The notes under the pieces: generated by a model | Told to the model about the DNA's origin: nothing | Databases searched by the model: none | What the model saw: the letters and a program-made list of their open reading frames with translations, nothing else | Assembly: GCA_942493095.1 (NCBI GenBank) | Contig: OW818675.1 | Coordinates: 630,001 to 662,000, forward strand | Source of the DNA: Candidatus Electronema halotolerans | GTDB taxonomy: Bacteria > Desulfobacterota > Desulfobulbia > Desulfobulbales > Desulfobulbaceae | Direction: 5' to 3' | DNA length: 32,000 nucleotides | Program-made: the position numbers and the translations under genes | Part shown: positions 9,292 to 17,866 of the stretch, in pieces | Layout: the number at the start of each line of letters is the position of its first letter | How positions within the stretch are numbered: position 1 is the stretch's first letter

Positions 9292-10369
9292 TGTTATAGA
9301 TAACTTATCAAAAGCTGCTGTCTCTGCCGATGAAATGCAAATGAAAGGACATATCGATGATGCGCAACTTCTTTTATCTTATGCCGCAGAAGAAGGTATT
9401 AAGCTTGATAATACTATTATTGATACCATTATCAAATCAAAATATTACCTGAGAAATAATGATTTCGACCAAAAGAAGGAGATGGAATTTTGGATAGCTT
9501 TTAATGGATTATCTAAAATCATTCAACCAGTCAGCATCGCCAGTCTCAAAGCAACCAAGGGGAGAGAGAAAACATTTTTCAAGCACAATGCTTTCTTTCT
9601 TCTAAATAGAAGCGAAGCGGCGAGCACTGTTTTTCTATATCAAGCATTAACTCTGCTTGTCCTTATCTCTTTACTTGCCGTTCAAATATATTGGCTTGTA
9701 GGATCAATCATAATAACACATATAGTAAATCCTTCTTTTGACAAAGAGATTGAACAACTTGAAATGTCTATTGAACGACTTGGTCAAATGAAAAACAAGG
9801 CCAAGGATGCCTACAGTGAGGATGCAATACAAATGATAGAAAATATAAAATCTGACTATACAAATAGAAAAAAAGATATAAATTTAGAAAAGGAAAGTTA
9901 TTATCTTCTTCTTAAAGAATGGAGAGACACTTTTCTTGTCAGATGGATATTTAGTGCTCATAACGAAAAAAAATATGAAGAAAATGGCTATATAGAAGCG
10001 AAGCAAGCTGCTCAACTTATTCTCCAGCCAATTCAGCAATATATCCTTCCCCTTTTGTATGGCTGGATTGGAGCACTGGCCTATGTGTTACGGAGCATCA
10101 ACCGGGAGATTGCTCAGATCACCTATACCCATCAATCAAAGGAACATTATCGGCTTAGAGCGCAGCTTGGTACTCTCTCAGGGCTGGCTGTGGGGTGGTT
10201 CTTCTCTGTCGATTCCGAACAGTATGGACAGATATCTTTCTCCTTTGGCAGCCTCTCGCCATTAGCCCTGTCTTTTCTGGCTGGATACAGCGTTGAACTT
10301 TTGTTTTCAGCAATGGATAAAATTGTAGAAACATTTTCTGATAGTTCTTCATCTCCATCATCTCATTGA
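9281..10369 (+). CDS. Membrane-anchored coiled-coil hypothetical protein
   Basis: 362 aa; hydrophobic segment ASTVFLYQALTLLVLISLLAVQIYWLVGSIII, coiled-coil middle (KEIEQLEMSIERLGQMKNKAKDAYSED...), then 2-3 C-terminal TM segments (ILPLLYGWIGALAYVL; LGTLSGLAVGWFF; SPLALSFLAGYSVELLFSAMDKIVE). Confidence 0.75.
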   Translation: MKDNVIDNLSKAAVSADEMQMKGHIDDAQLLLSYAAEEGIKLDNTIIDTIIKSKYYLRNNDFDQKKEMEFWIAFNGLSKIIQPVSIASLKATKGREKTFFKHNAFFLLNRSEAASTVFLYQALTLLVLISLLAVQIYWLVGSIIITHIVNPSFDKEIEQLEMSIERLGQMKNKAKDAYSEDAIQMIENIKSDYTNRKKDINLEKESYYLLLKEWRDTFLVRWIFSAHNEKKYEENGYIEAKQAAQLILQPIQQYILPLLYGWIGALAYVLRSINREIAQITYTHQSKEHYRLRAQLGTLSGLAVGWFFSVDSEQYGQISFSFGSLSPLALSFLAGYSVELLFSAMDKIVETFSDSSSSPSSH

Positions 10370-10723
10370 ATATTTCGTCTTGGCTAAAAGCACTTTGCAC
10401 CTGCACCTCTTGCAAAAGAGGTGCGATTCCTCTCTCCTGATGAGCCTCTCGCTGTCAATTTCTCAATGTAAGTGGCATCTACCATTTCCTGTGCAAGCAG
10501 CTTCAGGACCACAAAGAAAAGAGCCACAGATGGAATGTAAGTGATCACGGGGTCAACTAACTGAAATTATTGAATCGATTTTTTAGTAAATTTGGTTTAG
10601 CATTAGCGTTGAAAAGATAACTAATTGATATTATATATTTTAACAATTCAACATGCCGAGCTTCCCGGTTTAACAAAAAAGTCTCTTTTAAAACGAATAA
10701 ACAACAAGTTACAGTGAATTTCA

Positions 10724-10742
10724 TACCCCGTGATCGCTTACG
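10724..10742 (+). repeat. 19-bp repeat copy 1 (TACCCCGTGATCGCTTACG)
   Basis: 18/19 identical and same orientation as 11270-11288 (TACCCTGTGATCGCTTACG), bracketing the IS66 remnant. Confidence 0.85.
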
Positions 10743-11265
10743 ATGGAATTGTCTGAATGTGAGTGAGCTTGCCTGCCTTGCGCACCTGATCCGGCGGGCC
10801 GACGGCTTGGCGGAACGCGCTGATCCTGAACTCGCCGCCTGCGGCAAATGGGCCGCTGCGGAACTGCGGCGGCTCTGCCGCATGGCCAAGGCTCCGCCGA
10901 CCAAAGGCGAATGGTCCGCATTTTATGCCCGGTTTTACCGACTTATCCTGCGCTGGCGCGACTGCGACAGTGATGCGGGGAGGTTTGTCCGTCATATTGA
11001 CAAGGAAATGGAGGCGTTGTTCACTTTCTTGCTCGAAGAAGGCGTAGAGCCGACAAATAATCCAGCGGAACGGATGCTCCGCTTCGGCGTGCTGTGGCGC
11101 AAACGGAGTCAGGGCACTGACAGCGACAAGGGAAACCGCTGGGTTGAACGAATCCTTTCCCTCCGGCAGACATGCCTGCTTCGGGGAAAATCCACTTTCG
11201 AGGTGCTCACCGAGGCCATGCGCTGCTATTTCAGAGGACAGATGCCGGATTTAAGCTGGGTCTGA
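10743..11265 (+). pseudogene. IS66-family transposase (TnpC) C-terminal remnant
   Basis: ORF 10714-11265 encodes LAHLIRRADGLAE...FVRHIDKEMEALFTFLLEEGVEPTNNPAERMLRFGVLWRKRSQGTDSDKGNRWVERILSLRQTCLLRGKSTFEVLTEAM, typical IS66 C-terminal part; lacks the N-terminal two-thirds. Confidence 0.85.
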
Positions 11266-11269
11266 GCGG

Positions 11270-11288
11270 TACCCTGTGATCGCTTACG
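11270..11288 (+). repeat. 19-bp repeat copy 2 (TACCCTGTGATCGCTTACG)
   Basis: See copy 1 at 10724-10742; CGCTTAC end resembles IS66-type terminal repeats (GTAAGCG in reverse complement). Confidence 0.85.
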
Positions 11289-11485
11289 CATAATCAGGGT
11301 GACGAATGCGAAGCCGTTGACAGCGGCCAGAAGTATGATGCCACAAAATAGCCGCTGCTCCTGACGCAGCGCAATAGAAACCGCTTTGAATTTCCATTCG
11401 CTGGATTCAGAGCGGTTTTGTTATGAGACATCCTCAACCGCACTGCTGCCGAATTTTCAACTCAACAGCCCTCAAGGAAAGACCA

Positions 11486-12085
11486 ATGCCATTGCCTCAG
11501 CAGCAACTGGAACAGCAGATCAGCGAGCAGGAATACTTGGAAGGAGAACTCCTCAGCGATGCAAAGCACGAATTCATTGACGGCACTGTTTATGCAATGG
11601 CAGGAGCCAGTGCTGATCATGGCAGAATAGCAGGAAATCTTTTTGCCGCCTTTCTGCGCCATCTTCAGGAGCGGCAATCTCCCTGCGAGCCTTTTCAAGC
11701 TTATATGAAAGTAAAAACTGGCAAGAAGTTTTTTTATCCTGACGTGCTCGTCTCTTGTCAGCAGGAGGAAAATGACTATTACCGCAATGCCCCGCTGCTG
11801 ATTGTCGAAGTGGTCTCGCAGTCAACCCGCAAGACGGATAACACGATAAAGCGGCTGTCTTATCAAAATATGCCCAGTTTGGAAGAATATGTCTTGATTG
11901 AGCAGGATTTTGTTGATGTGGAAGTCTGCCGCCGGACAAATTGCTGGCGGCCTGAGCATCATTATCTCGGCGACGCAGTGCATTTTGCCTCCATTGATCT
12001 GACCTTGCCGGTGGAAGACATCTACGCACGGGTCATGAATGATGATATGCGGGCGCACAGGACTGGTGATCAGTGTCGCCATTAA
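11486..12085 (+). CDS. Uma2-family (DUF820) PD-(D/E)XK-fold putative nuclease
   Basis: 199 aa from ATG 11486; SEQEYLEGELLSDAKHEFIDGTVYAMAGASADHGRIAGNL, FYPDVLVSCQ, PLLIVEVVSQSTRKTDNTIKRLSYQNMPSLEEYVLI. Confidence 0.85.
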   Translation: MPLPQQQLEQQISEQEYLEGELLSDAKHEFIDGTVYAMAGASADHGRIAGNLFAAFLRHLQERQSPCEPFQAYMKVKTGKKFFYPDVLVSCQQEENDYYRNAPLLIVEVVSQSTRKTDNTIKRLSYQNMPSLEEYVLIEQDFVDVEVCRRTNCWRPEHHYLGDAVHFASIDLTLPVEDIYARVMNDDMRAHRTGDQCRH

Positions 12086-12108
12086 AAAAAATAATCACAA
12101 TATAAACT

Positions 12109-13503
12109 ATGAAAGTATTGCTTATCCAGCAGGATATGGGCAGAAGAATTATCAAGTATCCGCTCTATCCCATTGGCCTGTCCTATATTGCCGCTGCCCT
12201 CAAAGAACACGAGGTGCGGATTTTTGACCCCAATGTTTATGACTGGCCTGATTGCCTGAACAAACTGCGCGAGGAAGTGCGGAGCTTCCAGCCGGACATT
12301 GCCGGTATTTCCATCCGCAACATTGACACCACCCAGCGGCGTGATCTTTTTGTCCAGTTCAAGACTGTGCAGCCAACGCTGGCCGCAGTCCGCGATGTGC
12401 TGCCGGAGATTCCGATCATGGCGGGCGGCACCGGCTATTCCATTTTTGCCAAGGAAATCATGGAGCGGCTGCCGGAAATCACCTACGGCGTTTATCTCGA
12501 AGGTGAGGAAACCGTGCAGGAGCTGCTCAGGCATCTGGATGCGCCGGAGCAGGTCAAAGGTCTGTATTATCGCAAAAACGGGGAAGTGCTCTTCAGCGGC
12601 CCCAGGCCCCTGCCGGATTTTTCCTCATTGCCCAAGCCGCGCCGTGGTCCGGCTGTGATTGACATCAGCAAGTATCACGGCCCGCTGCACAACATCATCG
12701 GCGTGCAGGCCAAGCGCGGCTGCGCCTTCAAGTGCTCCTATTGCAGCTATCTCTTTCTCAACGAACGCCGCCTGCGCCTGCGCAAGGCCGAGGAAGTGGT
12801 TGACGAGATTGAAGAATTGGTGAGCAAATACGGCATCAAGGGCTTCACCTTTGTTGACAGCGTCTTCAATGCCCCGGAAAACCATGCCCGCGAAATTTGC
12901 CAGGAACTGCTTCGCCGGGAACTGCAAGTCGAATGGGGCGCGTGGCTCACGCCCAAGGGTTTGAACAAGGACTTTCTCCTCCTCCTGCGCGAGGCAGGCT
13001 GCAAGCATATTGGCTTTTCCCCGGATGCAGTCTCAGACAAGGGCCTGAATGCCCTCAACAAAGGCTTTACGGTCAAAGAGGTGCGGGAAAGCCTGAAGTT
13101 AGTCCGCCAAGTCAAGGGCATGGCGGTGGGCTACAACTTCTTTTGCGTTTATCCAGAGATGAGCTTTCTTGATGCCCTCAAGACCTTGGTCATGCTCTTC
13201 AAAATACCGCTGCTCATGCCGGGCCGGGGCGGAGTCGGCTTGGGCTGGATTCGCTTGGAGCCGCACAACGAGCTGCACAAAACAGCTCTGCGGGAAGGTG
13301 TGATCAGCAAAGACACCAAGATGCTGCCGGACAATGAGGAGGAGTTGCTCAAGCTCTTCTATCTTCCCAAAGGCAGCCAGCATATCACCCTGCTCTTTGA
13401 CACGGTGCTTTTCACTGTGGATCGGGTGCTCAAGCCGTCGGTGAAATTCACCTTTCATCTTGTCAGCAGGCTGCTGGGCCGGAGATCGCTCTATGATTCC
13501 TGA
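12109..13503 (+). CDS. B12-binding-domain radical SAM protein
   Basis: 464 aa; N-terminal cobalamin-binding-like region (YPIGLSYIAAAL...PDIAGISI...PIMAGGTGYS), radical SAM motif CAFKCSYC. Confidence 0.9.
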   Translation: MKVLLIQQDMGRRIIKYPLYPIGLSYIAAALKEHEVRIFDPNVYDWPDCLNKLREEVRSFQPDIAGISIRNIDTTQRRDLFVQFKTVQPTLAAVRDVLPEIPIMAGGTGYSIFAKEIMERLPEITYGVYLEGEETVQELLRHLDAPEQVKGLYYRKNGEVLFSGPRPLPDFSSLPKPRRGPAVIDISKYHGPLHNIIGVQAKRGCAFKCSYCSYLFLNERRLRLRKAEEVVDEIEELVSKYGIKGFTFVDSVFNAPENHAREICQELLRRELQVEWGAWLTPKGLNKDFLLLLREAGCKHIGFSPDAVSDKGLNALNKGFTVKEVRESLKLVRQVKGMAVGYNFFCVYPEMSFLDALKTLVMLFKIPLLMPGRGGVGLGWIRLEPHNELHKTALREGVISKDTKMLPDNEEELLKLFYLPKGSQHITLLFDTVLFTVDRVLKPSVKFTFHLVSRLLGRRSLYDS

Positions 13504-14443
13504 GCAGTTCAGAAATGCGCTGGCCGACAGTCTGCTCTGGCTTTTCTGGGTGCCGTTCCGACGGCTGATGCAGCTCCTGCCCCTGCGGGCGGCATATTTT
13601 CTCGCCTGGCTGCTGGCATGGCTGGCCTCCTACTTCCTGCTGCGCCTGAAACGAACCATTGCCGCCGAACTATCCGAGCTGCTGCCTGACCTGAGCTGGA
13701 AGGAACTGGGTCAAATCGCTGGGGAAAGCATTCAATTGGACATCCAGCGGCGGATGGAGGAACTCTTTTTTGGCCAGTTCACGCAGGAGAGCACTGCCGC
13801 AACTGTCTCCATTGAAGGCGAGGAGTTTCTCCAGCAGGCAGGCAGTGCAGGCAAAGGCACCCTGATTCTGCTCTCCCATTTTGGCTCCTTTCTCATGATC
13901 CTGCCAGCTTTGGCTTTCCGGGGCTATCCGGTCAATCAGCTGGCCGGGCCGCCGGAACTCAAGCATCACCGCCGGATCAACAAGCTGATTTTTCGCCTCC
14001 GGGAACAAGATTATGCCCCGCTGCCGGTCCGCTTCCTGCGCGCTGATCTGCATATCAAAGACATGCTCAAGGCGTTGAAAAACAACGAACTTGTGGCAAT
14101 GGCCTTGGACGGCCGGATCAGCAGTTCGTGGGTCTCGGTCAAATTTTTCGGCAAAGATGCCTCTTTTGCCCCTGGCCCGGTCAAGATTGCCGCCAAGACT
14201 GGCGCGGCCATAGTGCCGACCTTCATCGTCCGCGACCGCTTCAACCATCACCGCCTGATTTTTACTGAGCCAGTGCCGCTGCAAGCCGCTGCTGACGAGG
14301 AAGCCTTTCTTCAAACCAACATGCAGCGGCTCGTTGCGGTTTTGGAAGCAAAAATCCGCCAGCACCCGGCCCATTTTGCCATGATCTTCCATATCAACCA
14401 GCAGCGGAGCAGGCTGGGCATTGAGCAGAGCTTTTTCTCCTGA
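13493..14443 (+). CDS. LpxL/HtrB-like lysophospholipid/lipid A acyltransferase
   Basis: ATG 13493 overlaps the previous gene by 11 nt; LLSHFGSFLMILPALAFRGYPVNQLAG, LVAMALDGR, FGKDASFAPGPVKIAAKTGAAIVPTFIVR. Confidence 0.85.
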   Translation: MIPEQFRNALADSLLWLFWVPFRRLMQLLPLRAAYFLAWLLAWLASYFLLRLKRTIAAELSELLPDLSWKELGQIAGESIQLDIQRRMEELFFGQFTQESTAATVSIEGEEFLQQAGSAGKGTLILLSHFGSFLMILPALAFRGYPVNQLAGPPELKHHRRINKLIFRLREQDYAPLPVRFLRADLHIKDMLKALKNNELVAMALDGRISSSWVSVKFFGKDASFAPGPVKIAAKTGAAIVPTFIVRDRFNHHRLIFTEPVPLQAAADEEAFLQTNMQRLVAVLEAKIRQHPAHFAMIFHINQQRSRLGIEQSFFS

Positions 14444-14620
14444 ATCAGGCCGGTTGCGCTCAAAGCAGCACTATCACTCTTGCGTCAGTTTTTTTGTTTG
14501 ACAAAGCCTTGCAAAGGTTTTATTCATGCAGCTCCTGCTGGACGGTGATTGAATCATCATGCTGTCACAACGCGCTTTTTTCCTTCCCTGGAAAAAATCG
14601 CATTTCAACGTGAATCCACG

Positions 14621-15379
14621 ATGGAAATTCATTTCATAATCATTTCAGTTGAACTCATCATTCTGGCTGGAGGATGCCTTGCCTTACGGTTTTACAGACA
14701 GAAAGCATCCAGAACTGAATCAGAAGGTTCTGCCGTCTGGTCAGAGTATATGAATTCGAGAAAATGGGAGGATTTGAGAAGAAAATCACTGCAACGGGCT
14801 GATTACAAATGTGAACTGTGCAGTGCTCCCTATAAAGCGGTTCACCATATCCGCTATCCTAAAAAATACCGAGATGACCATATTGACAATCTGCTTGTTG
14901 TCTGCGAAAGATGTCATGCGAGAATGCACGGAATACGTGATGAGACGATACTGTCAGATGACGGAATGCTCTATTCAGAAGAAGTGCGCACTGGAAGTCG
15001 TGCATACCTGTTTCAGCTAAAAAAATCAGTTGGAAAGAAATATCTTTGTCTCAGCGAATCTGGGAAAAGAGGAACCCGCTGCATTGAGGCGGATGAAGAT
15101 ATTCTCCAGAAATTTACGAAAAACATGAAAAACGGTCTCAGCTCTCTGAAAAACACTGCCGGAATGCAGTTTATGGAGAGAATGTCAGGAAATGACCGCA
15201 CTTATTTTTTTGAAGTGAAGTCAGCAGTCAACGGAAGCAAATATCTCAAAATTACTGAATCAGGAAGAAGAGATAACACAGTCTTTGAACGTGATCATGT
15301 CATAATTTTTGAGGATGAGGCGGAGCTGGTTTCAGTCGGCCTGGACAACACATTAAATTTTATAAACAAAAAAAGATAG
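14621..15379 (+). CDS. Membrane-anchored HNH-type protein with two PUR/DUF3276-like C-terminal repeats
   Basis: TM segment IHFIIISVELIILAGGCLALRFYRQ; HNH motif CELCSAPYKAVHHIRYPKKYRDDHIDNLLVVCERCHARMH; two similar repeats SRAYLFQLKKSVGKKYLCLSESGKRG and DRTYFFEVKSAVNGSKYLKITESGRRDNTVFERDHVIIFEDE. Confidence 0.8.
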   Translation: MEIHFIIISVELIILAGGCLALRFYRQKASRTESEGSAVWSEYMNSRKWEDLRRKSLQRADYKCELCSAPYKAVHHIRYPKKYRDDHIDNLLVVCERCHARMHGIRDETILSDDGMLYSEEVRTGSRAYLFQLKKSVGKKYLCLSESGKRGTRCIEADEDILQKFTKNMKNGLSSLKNTAGMQFMERMSGNDRTYFFEVKSAVNGSKYLKITESGRRDNTVFERDHVIIFEDEAELVSVGLDNTLNFINKKR

Positions 15380-15441
15380 CAGCCAGCAGCCGTAAGTGGT
15401 CGCAGGGTTGACTGTCTGAAATTATAGCGGTTTCAGGTTGT

Positions 15442-15894
15442 ATGGTTATCAGAAAAAGATTAAACTTGACTTGTCTGTTTTTTCCATTTTTTTACACACG
15501 GAGGTCTGCCATGATTTATTCTATTGATTTCAGAAAGAAAGTCTTGTCTGTTTATGAAAAACAGAAATCATTGAGAAGAACTGCAGATTTGCTTGACGTT
15601 TCCTATAAATTTGTTCAAAGTCTTGTAAAAAGATGGAAGACTGAGGGGACGCTTGAGCCGAAGCCTCATAAAGGCGGAAATCCTCCGAAAATCAAGGAAG
15701 TTCATATGCCTTTTCTGACCAGCATGATTGATGACGAGAACGATCTTACGCTTGAAGAGATGTGTGATCGCTTATACGAGAAATTCAATTTAAAAATAGC
15801 ACCTTCCACGCTGTGCGAAACTCTCGCCAGACTGAAAATCAGCCGGAAAAAAAAACTTTCCGCGATCCGGCGGCGTATAAAGAGGAAAATATAG
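15442..15894 (+). CDS. IS630-family transposase OrfA (helix-turn-helix part)
   Basis: MIYSIDFRKKVLSVYEKQKSLRRTADLLDVSYKFVQSLVKRWKTEGTLEPKPHKGG; likely start at MIYSIDF. Confidence 0.88.
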   Translation: MVIRKRLNLTCLFFPFFYTRRSAMIYSIDFRKKVLSVYEKQKSLRRTADLLDVSYKFVQSLVKRWKTEGTLEPKPHKGGNPPKIKEVHMPFLTSMIDDENDLTLEEMCDRLYEKFNLKIAPSTLCETLARLKISRKKKLSAIRRRIKRKI

Positions 15895-16445
15895 CAAAGA
15901 CAGTTAATTACCTTGCAGGCCTGCTCGAGGCTGACAAAAAGAATTTCATCTTTATTGATGAGACAGGATGCTGTTTGAACATGTCGAGAAAATTTGCAAG
16001 ATCAAGAAAAGGAACAAGAGCTTTTTCAAAAAGACCTTCAGGTAAAGGGAAAAGAATAAGCATGATAGGAGCTGTAAAGTTTGGAAAAATATTGAAGTGC
16101 ATGAAATTTAAAGGCACCATGACAGGAGATGTCTTTTATTTCTATATAAAAAATTATCTTTTGAAATATCTTGACAGCAGCAAGACAGTCGTTCTTGACA
16201 ATGCCAGTCCTCATAAAAACAAAGAAGCTCTCGCTTTGATCAGAAGTACAGGAGCGAAGATCATTTTCCTCCCTCCTTATCGTCCTGAACTGAACCCTAT
16301 TGAATACTGCTGGTCAGTAATGAAAAACACTATAAGAAAATTGAAGCCGAGAACAGAGCGTGAGCTGATGGAAGCTTATGATATATCTCTGAAAACGGTT
16401 AAGTCAAAATCAATCAAATCGTTTTTCCGTCATTGCTGGGTTTGA
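15813..16445 (+). CDS. IS630-family transposase OrfB (DDE_3 catalytic part), probably expressed by -1 frameshift at A9
   Basis: FIFIDETGCCLN, VVLDNASPHKN, IIFLPPYRPELNPIEYCWSVMKN; run of nine A at 15847-15855 in the overlap; frames differ by -1. Confidence 0.9.
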   Translation: MRNSRQTENQPEKKTFRDPAAYKEENIAKTVNYLAGLLEADKKNFIFIDETGCCLNMSRKFARSRKGTRAFSKRPSGKGKRISMIGAVKFGKILKCMKFKGTMTGDVFYFYIKNYLLKYLDSSKTVVLDNASPHKNKEALALIRSTGAKIIFLPPYRPELNPIEYCWSVMKNTIRKLKPRTERELMEAYDISLKTVKSKSIKSFFRHCWV

Positions 16446-16615
16446 TATCTGTTCAATACGAAACCGCTATAGAACCGAAATTTTGTGAAGTTGGCTTGTT
16501 ATTAAAACAGATCATCTCGCAGGGGCGAAAAACCTTTCGCATCCTGCAATTTAATTATGCAAAACAGTTGACAAGTCATTTCTGCTGACAACATACCAAC
16601 CAAGGAGAAGCAGTC

Positions 16616-17368
16616 GTGTCAGGACATTCCAAGTGGAGCACCATCAAACGCAGGAAAGGTGCTGTTGATGCCAAACGGGGAAAAATTTTCACCAAGCTGA
16701 TCAAGGAGATCATGATTGCGGCCCGGATGGGCGGCGGCGACATTGACGGCAATCCCCGGCTGCGCAGCGCGGTCAATGCGGCCAAGTCCGAGAACATGCC
16801 CAAAGACAACATCGAGCGGGCGATCAAAAAGGGCATCGGTGATATTGACGGCGTGGTCTATGACGAAATCCTCTACGAGGGCTATGGGCCGGGCGGGGTG
16901 GCGGTTTTGGTTGAAACCATGACAGACAATAAAAACCGCACAGTCGCGGACATCCGCCATTTCTTCTCGAAAAACAACGGCAACCTCGGCGAGAGCGGCT
17001 GCGTGGCTTGGATGTTTGATCAGCGCGGCGTGATCAGCGTGGATGATGCGGCAGGTGTGGATGAGGAGCAGCTCATGGAGCTGGCTTTGGAGGCCGGAGC
17101 GGAGGACGTGGTGGATGAGGAGGACAGCTTCCAGATTTACACTGCGCCGGAAGATTTCAACTCCGTGGTCGAGCAGCTTGAGAAAAGCGGCATCAAAATG
17201 AGCGAGGCCAGCATCTCAATGGTGCCGAAAAACACCATTGAAGTCACGGAGGAAAAGACCGCCTCCAATCTGCTCCGGCTCTTGGAGAGCCTTGAAGATC
17301 ACGATGACGTGCAAAAGGTTCATGCCAACTTCGACATCCCGGAAGAACTGATGGAGAAGCTGTCATAG
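16616..17368 (+). CDS. yebC: YebC/PmpR-family protein (translation factor/regulator)
   Basis: 250 aa; [60 protein letters not shown]. Confidence 0.97.
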   Translation: MSGHSKWSTIKRRKGAVDAKRGKIFTKLIKEIMIAARMGGGDIDGNPRLRSAVNAAKSENMPKDNIERAIKKGIGDIDGVVYDEILYEGYGPGGVAVLVETMTDNKNRTVADIRHFFSKNNGNLGESGCVAWMFDQRGVISVDDAAGVDEEQLMELALEAGAEDVVDEEDSFQIYTAPEDFNSVVEQLEKSGIKMSEASISMVPKNTIEVTEEKTASNLLRLLESLEDHDDVQKVHANFDIPEELMEKLS

Positions 17369-17853
17369 TTCAGCTCAAGCCGCTGCGGATCATCGGCATA
17401 GACCCTGGCTCCCGGATCACTGGCTACGGCATCATTGACAAGCTGGGAGCCGGGCTGGGCTTTGTCGCCTGCGGCACCATCCGCACCGAGCGGGAGCAGG
17501 ATTTTTCCCGACGGCTGCTGGTCATTTTTAACGGACTCTCCGAAATCATCGCAAAGCACCAGCCAGAGGTGGCTGCCGTGGAGGAGCTGTTTGTCGCCCG
17601 CAACGTGCGCTCGGCCCTCAAGCTCGGCCAAGCGCGGGGCGCGGCAGTGGTCGCGGCTATGCAGCAGGGCCTGACCGTGCATGGCTATCCGCCCCGGCAG
17701 GTCAAGCAGGCTGTGACTGGCTATGGCCACGCTGACAAGGAGCAGATGCGGCAGATGATTCAAATGCTGCTCGAACTCAGCGGCCCGCCCAGCAGCGATG
17801 CTGCTGATGCCTTGGCCGTGGCAGTCTGTCATGCCCAGCAGCTGGTCAACTAA
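17365..17853 (+). CDS. ruvC: Crossover junction endodeoxyribonuclease RuvC; start codon unresolved (ATA 17365 or CTG 17383)
   Basis: Frame reads (I)[21 protein letters not shown]...[33 protein letters not shown]...[21 protein letters not shown]...[18 protein letters not shown]; ORF track only reports it from GTG 17569. Confidence 0.9.
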   Translation: MVQLKPLRIIGIDPGSRITGYGIIDKLGAGLGFVACGTIRTEREQDFSRRLLVIFNGLSEIIAKHQPEVAAVEELFVARNVRSALKLGQARGAAVVAAMQQGLTVHGYPPRQVKQAVTGYGHADKEQMRQMIQMLLELSGPPSSDAADALAVAVCHAQQLVN

Positions 17854-17866
17854 CTGCTGCCACGGA

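Larger units (their letters stand above)
15425..16469 (+). mobile_element. IS630-family (Tc1/mariner-like) insertion sequence, apparently complete, with TA target duplication
   Basis: Left end TA|TAGCGGTTTC (TA at 15423-15424) and right end GAAACCGCTA|TA (TA at 16470-16471); encloses two overlapping transposase ORFs. Confidence 0.88.

Noticed and set aside
8657-10720. Possible phage-defence system with known nuclease or ATPase
   Set aside because: Neither protein in the AT-rich cassette shows readable Walker, HNH, TIR, PLD or PD-(D/E)XK motifs; kept only as an unknown cassette.
11486-12085. Uma2/DUF820 nuclease as a defence component
   Set aside because: Family is common, often amplified and scattered; stands alone between an IS remnant and unrelated genes.
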